Both the position numbers and the translations under genes were made by a program. A stretch of 33,477 nt of DNA from Deltaproteobacteria bacterium. Lineage in GTDB: Bacteria > Bdellovibrionota_C > UBA2361 > JAAYZI01. The stretch covers positions 1 to 33,477 of the forward strand of contig JAAYZI010000302.1 in NCBI GenBank assembly GCA_012514925.1, in the 5' to 3' direction. Under the pieces are notes generated by a model. The model was given only the letters and a program-made list of their open reading frames with translations, ran no database searches and had not been told where the DNA came from. Positions 8,173 to 14,093 of this stretch are shown piece after piece. How positions within the stretch are numbered: position 1 is the stretch's first letter; every line of letters begins with the position of its first letter.

Positions 8173-9609
8173 TCAGTTAAGCGCCTCCCGGCGCGCTCTA
8201 TCTAATCTGACCCCCGAAATAAGCGCGGTTACATCCAAATCAGTCGAATCGACAGGATCTGGATCTTGACTCTTAGAAGCGACGGTCGTTTGCGGAGCAG
8301 CCGCCTGCGCCAATTCCTCCACCTTCCCCTGCGGAAGGGCTAAAAGCTCCGGTTTATCACGGCGGCGGCGCGCCATTCCTAAAAGTGAGCCTTTCAACCA
8401 GGAATGTTCGCCCTCGTCTTTAACGCCTTCCTTACTCTGCTGGGATTGAATTAATTCCAGCTTCTGGACCAGAGAAGTCATGGCCGTGCGTAGCGCTGCG
8501 TTGCCATGACTGTAGAGGGTGCCGCCCGAACCAGCCCAGCGCCCAGCCGCGCGGTTAAAAGGCACTGCAAACGGTGCCCAGGCCGACTCTTCAAGTTTGG
8601 CCGCCCGCTCAAACTCATCTTTTAAGAGTTTGTTGGCCAAACCAAAACGCGTGCTAGCGTTCTCTAACACCACCAGATCGGCCCCGGCCGAGAGCATCCC
8701 ACGCAAGCGTGAGAGTTTATCCACTGAAGCATAAAGCGCGCTGGGATCGTTGTTTATGATAAAGGCTACTTTGTCTGAGACCCGCAGCAGTGTTTTAAGA
8801 AAAGCGCCACGCGCGCTTCCTCCGTCCACCACGACGCAATCAAAGAGATGGTCCAGCACTTCCAGCACCGAGAGCATCGTACGTGCGCAAGTGCTGCGCG
8901 AATCGTAGAGCCCATCAGCTTCCGCCGGAGGTGGCATGCAGTACAACAGCTCGGACTCTTCCCAGACTGGGACTAAGCACTGCTCTACGCACTCCTGAGT
9001 TACGGGGCGGTTCTGTTCGAGGATTAGCTGTAAATTCTCGTTAACAAATGGCCGTGCCTGCAAGAAACGGCTTAAATCCTGAGTCTCAAAATCAAAGTCG
9101 AGTAAGACTACTTTTTTACCGTGCTCTGCCAAACATTCGCCCAGTCCCGCCACCACCGAAGTTACCCCCAGTCCACCTTTCCCGCTTTCTACAAGAACAA
9201 GCTTACCGCTGCGAGCTTTTGCTCGGCGGCGTGATAGCAGAATAATTTTTCTCACGAACTCAGAGGCTGAAATATTGTCAGGCATAACATCGTCGGCACC
9301 TAGACGCGCCAACTGCTCAATGATGGAGATACTTGACAACGCCCTAGTAAGGTAAGGCACCAATGGAGTATCAGGAATGAGGCGTTTGATTGTGGAGATC
9401 GTGCATAGCTCTTGGAGCAGCATCTCCGGACCAGCGATGCAGATATCCGGAGCGCCGTGGAATTTTAGCTCTTCGGGAGCAAGTGGTTTCACGCTAATGC
9501 GCGGCAGAAAATCCAACTCAGGCAGTTCGGCTCTAAGAAAGGAATTGATGCGGTCCACGATTTTACCGCGAGACTCCGCGCTACGATCCACCACCACCAA
9601 TCGAACCAT
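8173..9609 (-). CDS. tadZ: TadZ/CpaE-like pilus localisation protein (atypical receiver domain plus MinD/ParA-like ATPase domain).
   Basis: N-terminal receiver-like fold lacking the acidic pocket (LVVVDRSAES). Deviant Walker A GKGGLGVTS, followed by VVLLDFDFE. Start MVRLVVVD at 9609 has AGGGAG upstream. The ORF track start is 9633. Confidence 0.8.
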   Translation of the reverse strand: MVRLVVVDRSAESRGKIVDRINSFLRAELPELDFLPRISVKPLAPEELKFHGAPDICIAGPEMLLQELCTISTIKRLIPDTPLVPYLTRALSSISIIEQLARLGADDVMPDNISASEFVRKIILLSRRRAKARSGKLVLVESGKGGLGVTSVVAGLGECLAEHGKKVVLLDFDFETQDLSRFLQARPFVNENLQLILEQNRPVTQECVEQCLVPVWEESELLYCMPPPAEADGLYDSRSTCARTMLSVLEVLDHLFDCVVVDGGSARGAFLKTLLRVSDKVAFIINNDPSALYASVDKLSRLRGMLSAGADLVVLENASTRFGLANKLLKDEFERAAKLEESAWAPFAVPFNRAAGRWAGSGGTLYSHGNAALRTAMTSLVQKLELIQSQQSKEGVKDEGEHSWLKGSLLGMARRRRDKPELLALPQGKVEELAQAAAPQTTVASKSQDPDPVDSTDLDVTALISGVRLDRARREALN

Positions 9610-9864
9610 ATCCGCCGCACTCCCTTGCCGCATGAAAAGGCCTAAGCGTCTGCTAAACCACGTTTGACTGACGCTATGGCCCTATTCGGGTAAACTAAGT
9701 AAAAGTTTCCACTGAATATGAAAAAAGAAACCAAGGTCGATGCAATTGCAGCTGGCAGAGCCTTGCTGAAACGCTGTTATAACTTAACGCGTTTTAAAAT
9801 CTTATGCAAAATTGAAAGGAAAAATCGTAACTTTACTGCCGATTACCACTCGAATTTCGCCCTA

Positions 9865-9877
9865 CGTAACCGTTACG
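9865..9877. promoter_or_regulatory. Palindrome CGTAAC-C-GTTACG in the region upstream of the tad operon.
   Basis: Perfect 6+1+6 palindrome about 250 bp upstream of tadZ. Its GTAACCGTT half matches the termini of the repeat elements at 10846, 10939, 229, 29509 and 31851. Confidence 0.4.
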
Positions 9878-10033
9878 ATAGAGCCAAACCGACACCCCCG
9901 CCGAAAAAGGAGAAAAGAAGCTCACCCTCACAAATAACTGGAGAATTACTGGAGGCCTATGACTAATCGCGTAACCTCTTAATATAATTACCTAAATAAA
10001 AGGGTCGCACTATTAAAATTACGGGAAAAGGAT

Positions 10034-10071
10034 AAAAAAAGCGGCTCACAGTCAAACTGACCGTGAGCCGC
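10034..10071 (-). terminator. Rho-independent terminator of the H1-like gene.
   Basis: The minus strand reads GCGGCUCACGGUC-loop-GACUGUGAGCCGC followed by UUUUUUU, beginning 16 nt after the stop at 10087. Confidence 0.8.
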
Positions 10072-10086
10072 TGATGGGAGGAGCTA

Positions 10087-10497
10087 CTACTTCTTCTTCG
10101 GCGTAGCCTTCCTAGTGGTCTTCTTAGCAGTCCTCTTGGTAGCCTTCTTGGCAACCTTCTTGACGGCTTTCTTAGCGACCTTCTTGACGACCCTCTTGGT
10201 GGCCTTTTTGGCAACCTTCTTGGTGGCCTTCTTGGCAACCTTCTTGGCGGTCGGAGCAGGAGTAGCGCCGCAGAGAGCGCAGCTTTTCACGGTTTTGCCG
10301 ACTTTTTTGGCAGTTCTCTTAGTGGCCTTCTTGACAGCTTTCTTAGCAACAGTCTTTGCTTTCTTGGCGGTCGGCTTGGCAACTTTCTTAGCAACTTTCT
10401 TAGCAACAGTCTTTGTCTTCTTAGCAACGGTCTTTTTCTTCTTAGCGGCCGGCTTAGCGGCCTTCTTAGCAACAGTCTTTCTCTTGACAGTAGCCAT
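10087..10497 (-). CDS. Histone-H1-like lysine/alanine-rich basic repeat protein (nucleoid-associated type).
   Basis: 136 aa dominated by AKK(V/A/T) repeats. AGGAG lies 7 nt before the ATG at 10497. A strong terminator follows. Long ORFs in two other frames are shadows of this low-complexity repeat. Confidence 0.8.
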   Translation of the reverse strand: MATVKRKTVAKKAAKPAAKKKKTVAKKTKTVAKKVAKKVAKPTAKKAKTVAKKAVKKATKRTAKKVGKTVKSCALCGATPAPTAKKVAKKATKKVAKKATKRVVKKVAKKAVKKVAKKATKRTAKKTTRKATPKKK

Positions 10498-10845
10498 CTT
10501 TTTTCTCCTAAAAAAGGCTGAGACAACATCAAACATGCTGTCACACAGCGAGTTATGTCAGGGTCTAATCCTAAAAAGTGCCCCGCGCTTAAGCGCATGG
10601 GGGTTCGTGAGACCCGACACAAACACCATACACATCTTCACGCCATCGCCATAGTCCTTTTTTTTCAATAGATACATTTTATTATTGCTAATCTAAGATT
10701 GCTCTGGTCAGAGACGGGTAAGCACAGTCCCCCAGAATCTGTGCGCGATGCGGTACCAATACCCAACATGAGCCATTATTAGCATGTAGAAGTAGAGAAA
10801 TTCGACACTATTTCCAACACTATTTACAAAGCTAAGCCCCATTTT

Positions 10846-10947
10846 GTAACCGTTCACGCGCGGAATTGATCATGCAATTTTTGTTTTCAGCTTGGGCGGT
10901 AAAATTTCACTTTCTCTGGAGAAAGTAATATTTATGTAAACGGTTAC
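10846..10947 (+). repeat. Long-form palindrome element (copy E-a, contains P2 at 10909..10926), bounded by GTAACCGTT / AACGGTTAC inverted termini.
   Basis: About 80 nt are shared with 29509..29607 (GTAACCGTTCA..GGAATTGAT.ATGCAATTTTTGTTTTC.GC..GGGCGGTAAAATTTCACTTTCTC..GAGAAAGTAATATT). Confidence 0.85.
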
Positions 10948-10969
10948 CCCGTTTTTACACTTAACCTGG

Positions 10970-11758
10970 ATGTCTCATGAAGCATCCAGGTTAAGAGAAC
11001 GCCCATTCCAAAGGAGGACCATGCATTCGAAACTGGAAACAAGACTAACTCTGATCCCCTACGGCTACACCCGCTGTTACACAGTCGAGCTGGAAGCCTC
11101 CGCCGAAAAGCTGCAAGCCTTGGCAGATGAAATCCTTAACAACCTGCTCCCTGCAAGCATATTTCGAGGCGAAACGCTGCTTAACTTTAGCGGTACACAA
11201 GCCCGGACCAATCTTCTGAAAGATAGCCCTTACTCTTTTCAGCACCGACCCGAAGAGCTTTTTTTTATGACCGGCAAGGTCATCTTGCCATCTGAAGACG
11301 AAGCCCCACCAGACCAAAGCCCCCCTCCGCCACAGCGCTTCCAGGTCAGCATCCGCTCCCAATTCAAAGAGTTTAAAGGGTCTAAAGAAATCGAGCACTC
11401 TACCCAAATAACAATTGATTGGGGCTTGCCACAGACCTTCCCACTACGGGAATTTGTGTCGCTCTTAAAACCCGATATCGAGTACTTGCGTTTTGGATTC
11501 GACTTATTTCGGGCAAGGTTTTTATCCACCCTATTAGGTTGCTACCCGGTTGTAAGCGACAGCCTGCTGATCGAGGCGTTGCCAGGCCGGGTTGCCATAC
11601 AAACTATTTCGGAGGGACTAAAGCGCCAGACGGACCTGCCCCTTCAAAAAGATGGTTGGTTTGAAAAGACCACAGAAGTTCTAAAACGATCCTTAGATTT
11701 CGATTTAAAGCACGATTACCTGCTTCACGTCCTACCGGCGAAGAACCGCCGTCTCTAA
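10970..11758 (+). CDS. Hypothetical protein; no recognisable domain.
   Basis: 262-aa ORF. An alternative start MHSKLETR at 11021 is preceded by AGGAGG. There is a proline-rich linker (PPDQSPPPPQ). I could recognise no family motif. Confidence 0.6.
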   Translation: MSHEASRLRERPFQRRTMHSKLETRLTLIPYGYTRCYTVELEASAEKLQALADEILNNLLPASIFRGETLLNFSGTQARTNLLKDSPYSFQHRPEELFFMTGKVILPSEDEAPPDQSPPPPQRFQVSIRSQFKEFKGSKEIEHSTQITIDWGLPQTFPLREFVSLLKPDIEYLRFGFDLFRARFLSTLLGCYPVVSDSLLIEALPGRVAIQTISEGLKRQTDLPLQKDGWFEKTTEVLKRSLDFDLKHDYLLHVLPAKNRRL

Positions 11759-11987
11759 AGGAGCACCCCTACTTTTTCTCTAAAGGAGCACCCCTACTTT
11801 TCCTAAAGGAGCACCCCTACTTTTGCCTAAAAAGGAGCACCCCTACTTTTTTCCTACTTTTTTCCCCTAGTTACTTCCCTAGAGGTGTCCCTAGAGGAGC
11901 ACCCCTACTTTTTCTCTACTTTTTTCCTCTAGTTATTTTTCCCTAGAGGTGCACCCCTACTTTTTCTCTACTTTTTTCCTCTAGTTA
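11756..11987. repeat. Tandem direct-repeat array: four 23-25-bp units, then about 2.5 units of 52 bp.
   Basis: GCACCCCTACTTTT starts at 11763, 11788, 11811, 11837, 11899 and 11951. The short unit is TAAAGGAGCACCCCTACTTTT. The long unit adds CTACTTTTTTCCTCTAGTTATT..CCCTAGAGG. Confidence 0.9.
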
Positions 11988-12677
11988 TTCCCAGGGGTCG
12001 TCGCCGGGGATGTGAAAGACCTTTTGTCTGCCTTTAGTGACTGGCTCTAACTCTACTGCTGCGCAAAGTTCGTCTAAGACGTGTTTGATACGGTGGCCGC
12101 TGGACTCCACCAACTCGGCTACTTCTTGCTGCTGCTTGGGGTCTTCTTCTCCGCTTTTCATAAGGTAGGCGGCACCAAGCACGGCGCCTAAGGGGTTGTT
12201 AATCTCGTGACGCAAAGTAGCCACCAGGGTTTTTACAGTTTCTGTGACAAGCGCCTGCATCTTAATCCGGGTTAACTCGCCTTGCAGCCGGTTTCGGTCA
12301 ATAATTCCGCTTACTAATGGCTTAAAAAGCCCTTCTTTGATCTGCACCTTATTTAAAAAATAAGCTGCTCCGGCCTGAATCGAGGCTCCTGGAATTTCCG
12401 GAGCAGTGTCCGAGCTGATCATTATCACGGCCAAACCCTCAAACCATCCCTCTCCCAACATCTCGATTCCGCGGCCATCCGGCAGATGCTCATCTAAGAT
12501 CACCAGGCAAAATTGATCCCGCGGAGCTGACTGCAAGTATGCACGCGCGCTTGAAAGATCATTAAAAACCACAGTTTCCAGGTCGGATAAGAAAGATTTA
12601 AGCCGCATAGTCAAGATTTTTACGAAATCTTGGTCATCATCAATAATCAAAACCTTATGGGGTGCTGATGTTGTCAT
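11985..12677 (-). CDS. Receiver (REC) plus HisKA/DHp-like phosphoacceptor domain protein with no catalytic ATPase domain.
   Basis: REC: VLIIDDDQDF...LVILDEHLPDGRG...YFLNK. H-box-like ATLRHEINNPLGAVLGAAYL. The protein ends about 60 aa later with no N/G boxes. Confidence 0.8.
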   Translation of the reverse strand: MTTSAPHKVLIIDDDQDFVKILTMRLKSFLSDLETVVFNDLSSARAYLQSAPRDQFCLVILDEHLPDGRGIEMLGEGWFEGLAVIMISSDTAPEIPGASIQAGAAYFLNKVQIKEGLFKPLVSGIIDRNRLQGELTRIKMQALVTETVKTLVATLRHEINNPLGAVLGAAYLMKSGEEDPKQQQEVAELVESSGHRIKHVLDELCAAVELEPVTKGRQKVFHIPGDDPWE

Positions 12678-12685
12678 GATTCAAG

Positions 12686-13186
12686 CTAAACTAGTGTGTT
12701 TTGCAAAGACGCCCTGGTCTGACTCTCCCTAAATTCAGAGAGCTTTTGCGCCAGCCGCTCATCGCTTAGCGCTAGTATTTGAACCGCCAACAAGCCTGCG
12801 TTCTTCGCGCCTCCCGATCCGATCGCAACCGTCGCCACCGGGACTCCACCCGGCATCTGCACGATTGAAAGTAATGAATCCAACCCACCCAGCACGCCAG
12901 TTTGTACCGGCACTCCGATTACCGGCAGGGTGGTTTGAGCTGCGACCACCCCGGGCAGGTGGGCGGCGCCGCCGGCACCAGCGATAATGACTTTAATGCC
13001 ACGACCTCTTGCCCCTTTGGCAAGCTCGGCCACAACCTCCGGCGCGCGGTGAGCGGAAGCCACTTTGTATTCACAAGCAACGTCAAACTGCCTCAGGATA
13101 TCACGGGCCGGGCTCATGGTGTCATGGTCGGAACTTGACCCCATCAGAATTAAAACTTGCGGAGTTTTATCTGCATCTGATGTCAT
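12686..13186 (-). CDS. purE: N5-carboxyaminoimidazole ribonucleotide mutase.
   Basis: LILMGSSSD...ASAHRAPE...[25 protein letters not shown] is the canonical PurE signature. 166 aa. Confidence 0.92.
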   Translation of the reverse strand: MTSDADKTPQVLILMGSSSDHDTMSPARDILRQFDVACEYKVASAHRAPEVVAELAKGARGRGIKVIIAGAGGAAHLPGVVAAQTTLPVIGVPVQTGVLGGLDSLLSIVQMPGGVPVATVAIGSGGAKNAGLLAVQILALSDERLAQKLSEFRESQTRASLQNTLV

Positions 13187-13472
13187 CTAGAAAAGTCTCC
13201 GATTCGGTTGTGTCCCAACTTGTTAAGAAGCGTCGTTTCAAGAAGACTGATCATACTATTAAATCCCCATTTTTCAACCCTTAACCCGTATGTTCTACCC
13301 AGGTTTCGTCGCAAGTCGAGTCAAGTGCTTGAAGCAGATTCATGTAGGTGGCTAGACGCAGCAGAAACTTGCTAAATATCCGGGTTAATGAGGCGGGGTA
13401 ACGATTAGTTGCCTTTGGACTAGGCGTAGGCTAAAAGTGTTTTTGGGCAGTCTTTAAGATAAGGCTCGGACT

Positions 13473-14021
13473 ATGACGCGCATATTAATCTCTCTCTTAG
13501 TGACGCTTCTAGTGGGAGCTTGTGCTCCAACACACACAAGCAGACGGGAACGACAAGAGTATTTCACACACACGGTAGGAAGGCATGGGGAGAATCTTGG
13601 TTCAATTGCGCGATGGTACACAGGCTCCTCAAGCAATTGGGAGTTCTTACTAAGACATAATCCGGGATTAGATCCACAACGCATCCAAACGGGTGATGTG
13701 GTGCGTATCCCTAAAGCTTGGCTTATAACCACCAAGCCCATGCCTTCTTATACTTCGCGGCGGCCGACAGTGCGACGTCCGGCTCCGGTTTATCCAGGAC
13801 CCGATCCGACCCATCTTGAGCAGTTAGATCCAGTGCATGACGACCAGGGGCAAACAACTCCCCCTGCGGACCAAGTGCCGCCCGCCCAAGACCAATGGAA
13901 TATTGAAACGCCGGTCGTAGAACGGCCTCTGGAGCCAAGTCAGACTATTGTGTCTGATCCCGAATCGGAAGAGCGCCGCAGGCGTATTAGAGACCGGCTT
14001 TTGGATGATATGCTGCAGTAA
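13473..14021 (+). CDS. LysM-domain lipoprotein.
   Basis: Lipobox LLVGAC at residues 13-18. LysM-like HTVGRHGENLGSIARWY...NPGLDPQRIQTGDVVRIP. Pro/Gln-rich C-terminus. Confidence 0.8.
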   Translation: MTRILISLLVTLLVGACAPTHTSRRERQEYFTHTVGRHGENLGSIARWYTGSSSNWEFLLRHNPGLDPQRIQTGDVVRIPKAWLITTKPMPSYTSRRPTVRRPAPVYPGPDPTHLEQLDPVHDDQGQTTPPADQVPPAQDQWNIETPVVERPLEPSQTIVSDPESEERRRRIRDRLLDDMLQ

Positions 14022-14093
14022 ATCCTTAGTATCCAGTGACCGCTTGCGCATGGATCTGCTGCGCCTGACCCGAGGAATCCCCTTCCTTCGCCT

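Noticed and set aside
9718-9966. 82-aa ORF in the tad upstream region.
   Set aside because: It has no Shine-Dalgarno sequence, its composition looks arbitrary, and it lies in an AT-rich probable promoter region. There is not enough support to call it a gene.
10582-10625. Possible tRNA, suggested by GGGGGTTCGTGAGACCC and the GCGCTTAAGCGC hairpin upstream of the H1-like gene.
   Set aside because: The putative T-arm does not pair. The hairpin loop is 4 nt rather than a 7-nt anticodon loop. No acceptor stem can be drawn. It is more likely 5'-leader structure of the H1-like transcript.
10115-10654. Long ORFs 10115..10654 (+), 10287..10622 (-) and 9963..10238 (-).
   Set aside because: These are frame and strand shadows of the AKK-repeat gene. 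Their products are Leu/Phe/Ala or Arg/Leu/Pro homopolymer-like. Only the 10087..10497 frame has an RBS and a terminator.
11756-11987. Possible CRISPR array, because of the regularly spaced direct repeats.
   Set aside because: The conserved core is only about 17-21 bp and the intervening variable segments are 2-9 bp, or repeat-derived in the 52-bp units. That is far too short for spacers. No cas genes or leader are present. I treat it as an iteron-like tandem repeat.
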